Below are positions 41,364 to 53,992 of a stretch of DNA of 64,000 nt, one piece after another. A program made the translations under genes and the position numbers. The stretch comes from an uncultured Acidobacteriota bacterium (GTDB lineage Bacteria; Acidobacteriota; Vicinamibacteria; Vicinamibacterales; 2-12-FULL-66-21). Numbering within the stretch: the first letter of the stretch is position 1; each line of letters begins with the position of its first letter. The stretch covers positions 69,752-133,751 of the forward strand of contig CAVZMJ010000007.1 in NCBI GenBank assembly GCA_963776315.1, given 5' to 3'. The notes beneath the pieces were generated by a model, which was given only the letters and a program-made list of their open reading frames with translations, did not search any database and had not been told where the DNA came from.

Positions 41364-41464
41364 GGCTCAGGGCTCAAGGTTCAGGGCTCAAGGTTCAAGG
41401 TTCAAGCCTTCAGGAACCCTTACTCGCAAGATCTTGCCGAACCCTGAACCCTGAACCCTGAACC
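41364..41464. repeat. composite heptamer palindrome, core in inverted orientation (copy D)
   Basis: The left arm is ggctcag ggctcaa ggttcag ggctcaa ggttcaa ggttcaa. The centre is ttcaggaacccttactcgcaagatcttgcc and includes the perfect palindrome gcaagatcttgc (41426-41437). The right arm is (gaaccct)x3. Confidence 0.85.
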
Positions 41465-41472
41465 AGCCCTCG

Positions 41473-42103
41473 TCAGTGCTCCCCTCCCCACTTGTTCTGC
41501 GCGACAATCACTTTCATCTCGAGCAGCTCGATGAGCGAGCGGCAGCGGGCGAGCAGGCCGTCGCGTTCGAGCAGGGCCTGTTTTTCGACGGGTTCGAGCT
41601 CGAGGTACTGCGCAAGGGCGTTGACGAGATCTTCGTCGGCCATCGACGCCGGCACCTTGGTGTCGGACGCCCCGGCCCTTGGGTTGCGGCACCAGCAGCG
41701 ATTCGAGCCGCCGCCGCGCGAGGCGCATCTCGTCCCGCTCTTCGCCGTTGGCCGGTACGTCCTCGATCCCGTCGACGCGCGCCAGACGATACGGCCGGCT
41801 GTCGTCCTCGTCGAGGACGCGGAACTTCTCCAGGCCCTGCAGGACGATGTTGTAGCGGCCGTCCCCGAGCCGTTCCGCGTGCGTGATGAGACCCGCGCAC
41901 CCCACCGGATAAATGGCCGGCCTGCCCTCGTAGTTCTCTTCCCAGCCGGGCCGGAGCAGGACCATCCCGATGATGCGGTCCTCGGTCAGCGCGTCCGCCA
42001 CCATGTCGCGGTACCGGTCCTCGAACACGTGCAACGGCAGGAACACGTTTGGAAAGAGCACGACGTTCGGCAGCGGGAAGAGAGGAATGGTCGGTGGCAG
42101 CAT
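41473..42103 (-). pseudogene. stand-alone Lon N-terminal (LON substrate-binding) domain protein, one frame change near 41680-41700
   Basis: ORF 41420..42103 begins MLPPTIPLFPLPNVVLFPNVFLPLHVFEDRYRDM... The C-terminus lies in ORF 41473..41655 (..DEDLVNALAQYLELEPVEKQALLE..). Confidence 0.75.
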
Positions 42104-42150
42104 AGCTGACAGTGTCCGGCGCTCGTCCGTCGCGGATTACAGGGCCCCGT

Positions 42151-42305
42151 GGCTAGAAGCTGTTTCACAAACGTAGACCCCTCACGAAGGTTCCAAAGCT
42201 CACGAAGCCCGCGACGGTTCTTGCGTGAAAACCTGTCTTCGCGATCTTCGTGGTCTTCGGGCTCATGGTGATGAGCCGTCGGCCGTGTTTATGAGATGGC
42301 TTCTA
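42151..42305. repeat. inverted cacgaag / cttcgtg-type element
   Basis: The outer pair is ggctagaagc .. gcttctag. The inner arms are ctcacgaagg..ctcacgaagcc versus cttcgcgatcttcgtggtcttcgggc. The 16-mer cttcgcgatcttcgtg (42237-42252) recurs exactly at 54818-54833. Confidence 0.7.
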
Positions 42306-43583
42306 GTGAACCGTCCTCGTCTTTTTGTCCATGTAGTCCATCAGCACGTACTTGCCGAGCGTCCGCGGCGTCGTGAAGTACGCCTTGCCGTGGCAGATCT
42401 CGGCGACCTTGCGGACGAAGCTGACGAGATCGTGGTCGCGCGCCAGCATGAACGTATTGATGAGGATGCCGGCCTTGCGGCACGCGGCGACCTCCGCGAA
42501 CGTTTCAGAGACGATGAACGGGTCGAGGCCGAAGGCGTTGCGATAGATGCGGCCGTCGGGGCGCGTGAGCGCCGACGGCTTGCCGTCGGTGATCATGATG
42601 ATCTGCCGCATGTCCTTGCGCTGCCGCTCGAGGAGGCGCCGCGCGAGCCGCAGGCCTTCGCGCGTGTTGGTGTAGTACGGCCCGACCCGCACGCGCGCGA
42701 GCTGACTGAGCGGGATCTCTTCGGCCGAGTCGTGGAACAGCACGACCTGAAGGGCGTCGCCAGGGTACTGCAGCCGAATCAGGTTGGCGAGCGCCAGCGC
42801 GACGCGCTTGGCCGGCGTGAACCGGTCTTCGCCGTAGAGGATCATGCTGTGGCTGCAGTCCAGCATCAGGACCGTCGCGCAGGAGCTCTGATACTCGCCC
42901 TGGACGACCATCAGATCTTCGTAATCGACCTCGACAGCCGGCCCGCCGACACTCAGCTGCCGCCTGACGGCGTTGAGGATCGTGGTGCTGGCGTCGATGT
43001 TCATCGTGTCGCCGAACTCGTAGGCCTTGGGTGCGCCGCTCGCCTCGATGCCGGTCGACATCTCGCGCGTGTCGTGGCGGCCGAGGCTGCTCTTGCCGAT
43101 GGAGCCCAGCAGGTCGCGGAGGGCGCGGTAGCCGAGAAAGTCGAGACTCTTGTCGGTGATCTCGAAGCGTAGGCTGCCGTCCTGCCGGCCCTGACCGCCG
43201 CCCTGGCCTTCACGTCCTTCGCGAGTCGACGGATCCGGACTCTGTGGTGCTCCGGTCAGATACCCCTGATGCTGCAGCTTCTCGATGATCCGCCGGATGA
43301 GGTCGTCGAGCCGCTCTTCGGCATCCTCGGCCTGCTGCCAGTCCTTGCCGAGCAGCTTCTCGAGCGTCTCATCCGAGAGCATGCCACCGTTGAGGATCGC
43401 CTCGAGGATGGCATCGTGCAGCGACTGCGCCGAGTGTCCCGGCCCGTCATCGTCGTCGTACGGCAGCCCGTAGGGGCTGTCGAAGCCACTCGAGAGCAGC
43501 AGATCGGACAGACGCGAGAGCAGATCCTCGAGGTCGATCTCGTCGAGGTCGTCGCCGGTGAACTTGGAGTAGCGATACTTCAT
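42303..43583 (-). CDS. von Willebrand factor A (vWA) domain protein, partner of the upstream ChlI-like ATPase
   Basis: ORF 42303..43583 is intact. It has an acidic N-terminal region and a vWA core with a MIDAS-like motif (LMLDCSHSM .. MITDGKPS). Confidence 0.75.
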   Translation of the reverse strand: MKYRYSKFTGDDLDEIDLEDLLSRLSDLLLSSGFDSPYGLPYDDDDGPGHSAQSLHDAILEAILNGGMLSDETLEKLLGKDWQQAEDAEERLDDLIRRIIEKLQHQGYLTGAPQSPDPSTREGREGQGGGQGRQDGSLRFEITDKSLDFLGYRALRDLLGSIGKSSLGRHDTREMSTGIEASGAPKAYEFGDTMNIDASTTILNAVRRQLSVGGPAVEVDYEDLMVVQGEYQSSCATVLMLDCSHSMILYGEDRFTPAKRVALALANLIRLQYPGDALQVVLFHDSAEEIPLSQLARVRVGPYYTNTREGLRLARRLLERQRKDMRQIIMITDGKPSALTRPDGRIYRNAFGLDPFIVSETFAEVAACRKAGILINTFMLARDHDLVSFVRKVAEICHGKAYFTTPRTLGKYVLMDYMDKKTRTVH

Positions 43584-43658
43584 TCAGCTCTCAGCCGTCC
43601 AGCTCTCAGCTATCAGCTCTCTGCTCCAGCTGACAGCTGATGGCTGACGGCTGAGAGC
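43584..43658. repeat. core-less heptamer hairpin between the ATPase and vWA genes
   Basis: Units are of the cagctct/tcagctg type. A 13-bp perfect outer stem pairs gctctcagccgtc (43587-43599) with gacggctgagagc (43646-43658). Confidence 0.8.
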
Positions 43659-43663
43659 GCGCC

Positions 43664-45212
43664 TCAGTTGTAGTACTTCTTCTTGTTGCCCGGCACCTGT
43701 CCTGGCATCTGAATGTCTCGCTCGATCATCTGTTCGGGCGTGACGCCGCGCGGGGCCCGCCGTGTCGGCTCGGCGCCCTGGTACTGAAACTCCTCCGAGC
43801 GGCTGATCTTCTTCTGTGCGTAGAGCCCCTCGAGGATGAAGTCGACGGCTGACGCCATCAGCGGGGCGGGGGCTCCGGCGTCGACGCCGGCGTGCGTCGC
43901 GAGCTCGCGCACGCCCTGCACCTGGGCCACCCGCGTCAGCAGTTCGGCGGCCGGAAGGGAGTCGTCTATCTGCAGCGTTCCTCCGAGATCGAACCACTCG
44001 GTGACCTGCTTGAGCTCGACGCCGGCGAAGTAGCCGCCAAAGACGTTGCCGACCGCGGCGCGAATGATGTCGCGCGCCACGTTGTCGGCGCCGCGCAGCT
44101 CGCCTTCGTACTCGAGCTCGAACTTGCCGGTGATCGCCGGCAGGGCAGCGTAGATGTCGGTGATGCGAGGCACGATGACCGGCTCGCCGGCGAGGAGGGC
44201 GCGGCGCTCGGCGCTCGAGACGACGTTTTCGAGGAGCGAGATGGGCAGCCGCTGGCTCACGCCCGACCGCTTGTCGATCTTCTGATCCTGGCGCGCCTGG
44301 AACGCGATCTCCTCGACGACTTCACGGACGAACGCGGGAACCGAGAGCGCGCAGCCGTCGCGCTCGACCCAGGCTTCCTGCGCGGTGATCGCCATCGCGT
44401 GCTGACGCGTCGCGGGATAGTGCGTGCGGATCTCCGAGCCGATGCGGTCCTTGAGCGGCGTGATGATCTTGCCGCGCGCGGTGTAGTCCTCGGGGTTCGC
44501 GCTGAAGACGAGCAGGACGTCGAGCGGCAGCCGCACCGGGTAGCCCTTAATCTGGACGTCGCCTTCCTGCAGGATGTTGAAGAGGCCCACCTGGACCTTC
44601 CCGGCGAGGTCCGGCAGCTCGTTGACGGCGAAGACGCCGCGGTTCGCGCGCGGCAGCAGCCCGTAGTGCATCGTCAGCTCGTCGGAGAGCTGCAGGCCCG
44701 CCCGCGCGGCCTTGATCGGATCGAGGTCGCCGATGAGGTCGGCGATCGTGACGTCGGGCGTCGCGAGCTTTTCGACGTAGCGCGCGTCGCGGTCGAGCCA
44801 GGCGATGGGCAGGTCGTCGCCGGCCTCCCGCACGCGCGCGCGGCATGCGGAGCAGAGCGGCGACAGCGGGTCGTCATGGATCTCGCAGCCGGGCACGACC
44901 GGGAATCGACTCGTCGAGCAGGCCGACGAGCGCGCGAAGAATCCGGCTCTTGGCCTGACCGCGCAGTCCGAGGAGGATGAAGTTGTGGCGCGACAGGATC
45001 GCGTTGACGATCTGCGGCACGACCGTGTCGTCGAAGCCGATGATCCCCGGGAAGAGCGGCTCGCGCGACCGGAGACGCTCGATCAGGTTGCCGCGAATCT
45101 CGTCCTTGACGCTGCGTCGCGGGACCCGGCCGGCGGCCACCTCGGTGCGGAGCTGAGCCAGGGTAGCCGGCCGGGAGGCCGAAGACATTGAGCGCGAGAC
45201 CGAGGAACGCAT
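43664..45212 (-). pseudogene. AAA+ ATPase of the Mg-chelatase ChlI / sigma-54-interaction-like family, one frame change near 44890
   Basis: ORF 44874..45212 (..[42 protein letters not shown]..) continues in ORF 43664..44896 (..[35 protein letters not shown]..). Confidence 0.75.
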
Positions 45213-45242
45213 GTCTGCATCTTACAACGGGGCCCTGCTAAG

Positions 45243-46100
45243 ATGAGGGCCTTGGCCGAGTTTTCTCAGCCCGGGCTGTCCCGGCCGCTCGTGTTCGCCC
45301 ATCGCGGCGGCGCCGCGCTGCGGCCGGAGAACACGATGGCGGCGTTCGACCACGGACTGTCGCTCGGCGCCGACGGTGTCGAGCTCGACGTTCATCTGTC
45401 GCGCGACGGCGTCGTCGTCGTGCATCACGACGACACGCTCGAGCGCACGACGGACGCGAGCGGGCCGATTGCCGCGCGGAGCGCGGATGAGCTCGCGCAC
45501 GTCGACGCAGGTTACCGGTTCACACCCGACTCGAGTGCGTCTGCACCCGCGCATCCTTTTCGTGGACAGCAGATCGGTGTGCCCCGATTGCGTGCCGTGC
45601 TCGAGCGGCATCCGGCCGCCCGGGTCATCATCGAGCTCAAGACGCCCGAGGCCGAGCTGGCGCACCGGACGATCGACGATGTCCGCGCGGCGGGCGCGGT
45701 CGACCGCGTCGTGCTCGGTTCCTTCCACTGGCGCGCGCTCGACGCGGCGCGCCGCTACGAGCCACGCATTCCGACCGGTGCCGCAAGCGAAGAGACGCGG
45801 TGGGCGCTGTACCGATCGCGCGTGCGCTGGCCGCTCGGCCGGACGAAGTACCGCGAGTTCCAGGTGCCGGAGCGCTCGGGCGCGACGGTGATCGTCACGC
45901 CGCAGTTCATCGCGCACGCTCACCGCGCTGGCCTGCCGGTTCGCATCTGGACCGTCGACGAGCGCGAGGACATGGTGCGGCTCCTGGAGTGGGGCGCCGA
46001 CAGCGTGATCAGCGACCGTCCGGACATAGCCGTGCCGGTGGTGCGCGAGTGGGCCAGCGGGTCAAACCGGGGTCAGACCAAAGGTCTGACCCCGGTTTGA
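45243..46100 (+). CDS. glycerophosphodiester phosphodiesterase
   Basis: ORF 45243..46100 has ..VFAHRGG..ENT..AF.. and ..GADGVELDVHLSRDGVVVVHHDDTLERTT... The last ~12 codons are read from an 18-bp perfect hairpin. Confidence 0.85.
   Translation: MRALAEFSQPGLSRPLVFAHRGGAALRPENTMAAFDHGLSLGADGVELDVHLSRDGVVVVHHDDTLERTTDASGPIAARSADELAHVDAGYRFTPDSSASAPAHPFRGQQIGVPRLRAVLERHPAARVIIELKTPEAELAHRTIDDVRAAGAVDRVVLGSFHWRALDAARRYEPRIPTGAASEETRWALYRSRVRWPLGRTKYREFQVPERSGATVIVTPQFIAHAHRAGLPVRIWTVDEREDMVRLLEWGADSVISDRPDIAVPVVREWASGSNRGQTKGLTPV
46062..46100. other. 18-bp perfect inverted repeat between convergent genes (possible bidirectional terminator, no T-tract)
   Basis: The sequence is tcaaaccggggtcagacc aaa ggtctgaccccggtttga. 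It is followed by a partial third copy (ccccggtctg). Confidence 0.6.
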
Positions 46101-46118
46101 CCCCGGTCTGCCCCCCGC

Positions 46119-47837
46119 TCAGCGCGGGCCGAGCGTCGCCGCGGTCGTGAACCTCGGTTCGATGTCGACGGGGACGCCGGTCAGCCGATCGAGCACCTGT
46201 TGGACCTGCGGACGCACGACGCCGAGCGCGTCGATGAGCGACCTTGGCCTTCTGGTAGCTGCCTTCCGACTGCAGCGTCATGATGTCGCGCGTGAGTGAC
46301 GTCACGGCGGCACCGATCTTCGCTTCGTCGACGGTGAACCGGCCGTCGGTCGCGACGACGAACGCCCCCTGGTCGAGGAAGTAGTTGAGCTGGATGGCGA
46401 TGCCGCGGCCGTGCGCTTCGTTGACGCCGAACCGGATCGATCGGAACGACGAGGCGAGGAACGTCGTGTACATCGTGCGGGCGATCTCCTTGTCGATCTT
46501 CCCCTGATCGGCGAGCTGTCTGAGCGCCCAGAGCCCCGAAACATCGGCCTTCGCTTCTTCGATCGCGCTGTAGGTCTCCTTGAGCTCCTGCCGGACGGTC
46601 GTCTGGCGGCCGCCCACGCTGATGTTGTGTGGCCCGAGACCGTGCATGAGCTCGTGCATGAGGATGTGGGTGAAGAACGCGTCGAACGAGACGTTCTTCT
46701 GCTGCGCCTCTGGCAGTGCCACCTTCGCAATCGGTTCGAGCACCATCCTGAACTTGGCGTCCTGGACGTTCTTCAGCATCACCCGCTTGGTGCCCTTTTC
46801 CCTCACGACGCGCTCGTCGTTCGGGAGGTTGAACGCCGCCGTCTGCACGCCGCGGTTCGCGTCACCGGCGGTGAAGACGACGTTGACGACCTTGATCGGG
46901 GCAAGCGCGCCGAGCTTGGGATTCCTGAGCGCGGGATCGATCGGCAAAGCATTCTCGAGTTCCTGCAGCTCGCGCGCCGAACACCTGCAGCTTCTTCGAC
47001 TCGGCGTCGTCGCGAATCGTGATGAACGCCTCGAACGCCGCCTTGAAGTTGAACCACTCGTCCTCGTACACCTCGTACGGGACCAATCGTCGGCTCGATT
47101 GACGCATCGAGCTCCATCCACGCCACGTCGCTCGCGTAGTAATCGTTCGAGATGAAGGCATCGGCGCGGCTGGTCAGGAACGCCTTGAGCGTCGGTTGCG
47201 CCGTGAGCTGCGCGGCCTCACGCAGCAGCGAGGCCGCCAGGGTCAGCTCGCCCTGGTATTCGACCGAATAGGGCACGGACATGAAGCGGCCGTCGGGCCC
47301 ACGGCGGATGGTCGTGAAGAAACCGGTTGCTGCCGTTCTGGCACTCCCGCTGAGTGAATCGACCCACTTCTGGATCTCGTCCTTTGTGGCGCCCGCCGGG
47401 TAGAAGTTGGCGGACTCGGGCTTGACGGGGACACCGGGGACAAACGGCTTGTGGTGATCGAGGCGCGACCACGGGCCCTTGTTGATCAGGAAGTAGTGCA
47501 GCGCATCGGCGGCGTCGCCGCCCGCGACGGTCTGACGCGCGAGCGATTCGAGCAGGGCCTCGTTGCCGGACCAGACCTGGCGGAGAAAGAGCCCGTCCAT
47601 GATGCGCGCGGCGTCGACGAGCCGCCCGAGCGCTTGTCGCTCGTTCTCGGGCAGCGCCGTGAGGTCGGCGCCGATGTCGGCCGGAGCGAAGCGCGCGGTC
47701 ATCGTACGAAGCGGCGACGGAGCTGGCGCCGTCGCCGCGGGCGGTGCTGTCGATTCTTTCACGGGGGTGTCTCCGGTGCAGGCCGCCATGGCGGCCGGGA
47801 TGAGGATGATGAGAGCGTTCACGCGTGTATGTCTCAT
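46119..47837 (-). pseudogene. M49 (dipeptidyl-peptidase III)-like zinc peptidase lipoprotein, 3 frame changes
   Basis: The N-terminus is MRHTRVNALIILIPAAMAAC (lipobox-like) in ORF 46803..47837. The middle lies in ORF 46862..47161. The catalytic part lies in ORF 46009..47121 (HELMHGLGPH, EEAKAD). The tail is in another frame and ends at TGA 46119-46121. Confidence 0.7.
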
Positions 47838-47858
47838 GGCTGAATTCCGATCCAGAGG

Positions 47859-48130
47859 TCACGAAGGCAACGCGTTCAACACGAAGCAACGAAGCCGAAC
47901 GAAGACGAACGACGCGCTGGTCGGCCGCGCTACGCGCGGCTGCGCAGGGGAGCATGCCAAAAACGCAAGCATCTTATCGAATCTCCTGATGCTTGCGTTT
48001 TCGGCAAGCCCCCCTGCGCGAGACGCCGGCCGTCGGCCGGCGTCCGACCAGCGGTGCAATCGGTGAGTTCTTGACAGTTCTTCTTCGTTCGTCTTCGGTC
48101 GCTTCGGTCCTTCGTGTCGAACCGTTGCCT
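47859..48130. repeat. 270-nt nested palindromic element (heptamer arms plus 10-bp helix plus three internal hairpins) upstream of aceE
   Basis: The outer arms are cacgaag/caacgaa units (47859-47914) versus cttcgtt/cttcggt units (48081-48130). A helix pairs cgctggtcgg (47915-24) with ccgaccagcg (48044-53). The internal hairpins lie at 47925-39, 47940-48022 (about 37 bp, with a 14-nt loop) and 48023-43. Confidence 0.85.
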
Positions 48131-48242
48131 CCGTCGGCTCCGTCAAAATCCGTCCAGGCCCTCAGCGTCCCCCCTCGTCCCGCGCTACAATAAGCGGATT
48201 GTAATCCCGACGAAGTTTCGCAGAGAGAAAGCTTGGACCCCC

Positions 48243-50933
<2,691 letters not shown>

Positions 50934-50939
50934 CAAGGC

Positions 50940-51016
50940 AATGCTGAATGCTGAATGCTGAATGCTGAAGTACGAATGCAGAATGCAGAATGCTGACAGC
51001 TGATAGCTGATAGCTA
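50940..51016. repeat. tandem array of 11 heptamers filling the aceE-aceF spacer
   Basis: The array is aatgctg x4, aagtacg, aatgcag x2, aatgctg, acagctg, atagctg, atagcta. It ends exactly at the aceF ATG. Confidence 0.9.
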
Positions 51017-52351
51017 ATGAGGACCATGCCAACCGATTTCATACTTCCAGAACTGGGCGAGAACATCGCCGGCGGCGATGTCGTCCGCGTGCTCGTCGCG
51101 GCCGGCGACAGCGTGAAGAAGGATCAGCCGGTCCTCGAGCTCGAAACCGACAAGGCGACAATCGAGGTGCCCTCCTCGGTGAGTGGGACCGTCACGGCGG
51201 TGAGGATCAAACAGGGCGAGCGCGTGAAAGTCGGACAGGTCGTGCTGACGTTCGACAGCAGCGCCACACCGGCGAAAGAGGCACCCAAGGTGCCCCAGCC
51301 CGAACCGGCGACTCCGGCTCCGGCGGCAGCAGCCGAGCCCGCGGCGGTCGCGCCGGCGGCAGCTCCCGAACCGAAGCCCAAACGAGCCGAGGTCGTCGAC
51401 ATTAGGGGAGGCGCGCGCAACGTTCCGGTCGCGCAGCCGGCGGCCGAGGCTGACTCCCAGGGACCGGCCGCACCCGCCGCGCCTTCGGTGCGGCGCCTCG
51501 CCCGCGAGCTCGGCGTCGACATCCGCCGCGTCGCCGGCAGCGGCCCGGCCGGCCGCATCAGTGCCGACGACGTGCAGGCGTTCGTGCGCAACGCCATGGC
51601 AGGAGGCATCCCCGCCGCTGGCGCGCCATCGTCGCTGCCCGACTTCAGCAAGTGGGGCGAAGTCGAGCGCAAGGCGATGAGCAACATCCGCCGCAAGACG
51701 GCCGAGCACCTCACCCACGCCTGGAACGCGATTCCGCATGTCACGCAGCACGACAAGGCGGATATTACGGCGCTCGAGACCCTGCGCAAGCAGTTCAGTC
51801 CGCAGGCGGAGAAAGCCGGCGGGAAGCTGACGATGACGGCCATTGCGCTCAAGATTGTCGCGGCCGCGCTCGGGAAGTTCCCGCAGTTCAACTCGTCGAT
51901 CGACATCGCGCGCAACGAGATCGTCTACAAGAAATCGATTCACGTCGGCGTCGCCGCCGACACCGAGCGCGGACTCCTCGTGCCGGTGATTCGCGACGTC
52001 GATCGCAAGGGCATTATCCAGCTCGCCGCCGAGCTCGGCGCTGCGTCCGACAAGGCGCGCGCCGGCAAGCTCTCGCTCGACGACATGCAGGGCGCCGGCT
52101 TCACCATCACCAACCTCGGCGGCATCGGCGGCACCTCGTTCACGCCCATCGTGAATTGGCCGGAGGTCGCGATTCTCGGCATCTCGCGGGGGGCGCGCGA
52201 ACCGGTGTACGTCAACGGCGCGTTCGAGCCGCGGCTGATGCTGCCGCTCTCGCTCTCCTACGACCATCGCGTGATCGACGGCGCCGACGCGGCCCGGTTC
52301 CTGCGCTGGGTTGCCGAAGCGTTCGAACAACCGTTTGTCATGTCCCTTTAG
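51017..52351 (+). CDS. aceF: dihydrolipoyllysine-residue acetyltransferase (E2 of pyruvate dehydrogenase)
   Basis: ORF 51017..52351 is intact. It has a lipoyl domain (..LETDKATIEVPS..), an Ala/Pro linker, a subunit-binding domain (PSVRRLARELGVD) and a catalytic domain (..LSLSYDHRVIDGA..). An ATG at 51026 is an alternative start. Confidence 0.92.
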   Translation: MRTMPTDFILPELGENIAGGDVVRVLVAAGDSVKKDQPVLELETDKATIEVPSSVSGTVTAVRIKQGERVKVGQVVLTFDSSATPAKEAPKVPQPEPATPAPAAAAEPAAVAPAAAPEPKPKRAEVVDIRGGARNVPVAQPAAEADSQGPAAPAAPSVRRLARELGVDIRRVAGSGPAGRISADDVQAFVRNAMAGGIPAAGAPSSLPDFSKWGEVERKAMSNIRRKTAEHLTHAWNAIPHVTQHDKADITALETLRKQFSPQAEKAGGKLTMTAIALKIVAAALGKFPQFNSSIDIARNEIVYKKSIHVGVAADTERGLLVPVIRDVDRKGIIQLAAELGAASDKARAGKLSLDDMQGAGFTITNLGGIGGTSFTPIVNWPEVAILGISRGAREPVYVNGAFEPRLMLPLSLSYDHRVIDGADAARFLRWVAEAFEQPFVMSL

Positions 52352-52370
52352 CTACGAACCCTATTGCAGT

Positions 52371-52468
52371 CACGAGACAATCACGATGGACACGATGGCA
52401 CGATGAACACGATGATGTTGGTTTCATCGTGTCCATCGTGTCATCGTGCCCATCGTGCGAGGATCGTG
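52371..52468. repeat. core-less heptamer hairpin (cacgatg / catcgtg) in the aceF-lpdA spacer
   Basis: The left arm is cacgaga caatcacgatg gacacgatg gcacgatg aacacgatg. The loop is atgttggtt. The right arm is tcatcgtg tccatcgtg tcatcgtg cccatcgtg cgaggatcgtg. Confidence 0.9.
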
Positions 52469-52505
52469 CAGCCGTTAGATAGTTCAGACTAAACCTCCGG
52501 ACACT

Positions 52506-53930
52506 ATGTCTGCTTCCACCCAACTCGTCGTCATCGGCGCCGGCCCCGGCGGATATGCTGCTGCCTTCTATGCGGCCGACCGCGGCATGAAGGTCACGCT
52601 GGTCGATCCGTCGCCCAACCCAGGCGGTGTCTGTCTGTATCGCGGCTGCATCCCGTCGAAAGCGCTGCTGCACGTGGCCGAGATCGTCAACGAAGCGAAG
52701 CACGCCGCCGCGTGGGGCGTGACGTTCGGCGCGCCGTCAATCGAGATCGACAAGGTCCGCGCGTTCAAGGACAAAGTCGTTGCGCAGCTGACCGGCGGCG
52801 TCGGTCAGGTCGCCAAGCTCCGTAAGATCGACTACGTCCAAGGTACGGCGGCATTCCGCGATGCGCGCTCGCTCGAGATCACGAAGGCCGATGGCACGAC
52901 GAGCACGCTCGCCTTCGAGCACGCCGTGATTGCTACCGGCTCGAGGCCGTCGACAGTGCCGGGGCTCTCTATCGACAACCCGCGCGTGATGGACTCGACC
53001 GCCGCACTCGACCTGCCGGACATCCCGAAGTCGCTTCTCGTCGTCGGCGGCGGCTACATCGGGCTCGAGCTCGGGAGCGTGTACGCCGCCCTTGGATCGA
53101 AGGTGACCGTCGTCGAGATGACCGACGGGCTCCTGCCGGGAGCGGACCGCGACCTGGTGAACATCCTCGCGAAGCGGATCGCATCGATCTGCGAGGCCGT
53201 CCTGCTCAACACCAAAGTCTCTTCGGTCAAAGACGCCAAGGACGGCGTGACGGTCACCTTCGAGGGCCAGTTACCCGAGGGGATGCCGAACGAGCGCACC
53301 TTCGATCGCGTGCTCGTGTCCGTCGGCCGCCGTCCGAATTCCGCGGTGCCAGGGCTCGACAAGACGCGCGTGAAGGTCAGCCAGAAAGGGTTCATCGAGA
53401 CCAACTCGTCGCGGGCAACGCACGAACCGACGATCTATGCCATCGGCGACGTGGTCGGGGAGCCGATGCTCGCGCACAAGGCGTCGCACGAAGCGCGCGT
53501 GGCCATCGACTCGATCCTCGGCGAACGCGTGCTCTTCGAGCCCGAGGCCATTCCCGCGGTGGTCTTCACTGATCCCGAAGTCGCGTGGTGCGGCCTGACC
53601 GAGAACGAGGCCGCGAAACAGAAGCGCGAAGTCGTCGTCACGCGGTTCCCGTGGGGCGCCTCGGGCCGCGCTATCACGCTCGATCGCACCGATGGCATGA
53701 CCAAGCTCGTCATCGATCCCAAGTCCGAGCGAATATTGGGCGTGGGCATCGTCGGCCCCGGCGCCGGCGAGCTGATCGCCGAAGCCGTGCTCGCCGTCGA
53801 GATGGGCGCGACCGCCGCCGACGTCAAGCTCAGCATCCACGCGCATCCGACGCTCTCGGAGACCGTCATGGAAGCGGCCGAGGTCTTCTTCGGCGAGTCG
53901 ACGCACGTCTACAAGCCGAAGAAGAGATAG
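52506..53930 (+). CDS. lpdA: dihydrolipoyl dehydrogenase (E3)
   Basis: ORF 52506..53930 is intact, with GAGPGGY, the redox-active CLYRGCIPSK motif, the NAD site GGGYIGLE and a C-terminal ..HAHPTLSE... Confidence 0.93.
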   Translation: MSASTQLVVIGAGPGGYAAAFYAADRGMKVTLVDPSPNPGGVCLYRGCIPSKALLHVAEIVNEAKHAAAWGVTFGAPSIEIDKVRAFKDKVVAQLTGGVGQVAKLRKIDYVQGTAAFRDARSLEITKADGTTSTLAFEHAVIATGSRPSTVPGLSIDNPRVMDSTAALDLPDIPKSLLVVGGGYIGLELGSVYAALGSKVTVVEMTDGLLPGADRDLVNILAKRIASICEAVLLNTKVSSVKDAKDGVTVTFEGQLPEGMPNERTFDRVLVSVGRRPNSAVPGLDKTRVKVSQKGFIETNSSRATHEPTIYAIGDVVGEPMLAHKASHEARVAIDSILGERVLFEPEAIPAVVFTDPEVAWCGLTENEAAKQKREVVVTRFPWGASGRAITLDRTDGMTKLVIDPKSERILGVGIVGPGAGELIAEAVLAVEMGATAADVKLSIHAHPTLSETVMEAAEVFFGESTHVYKPKKR

Positions 53931-53992
53931 CCGCGGCTCGCAACTGGCTGCTCGCTCGGCTGCTGGCGGTTACTCAGGCGCTCGACTGGGCC

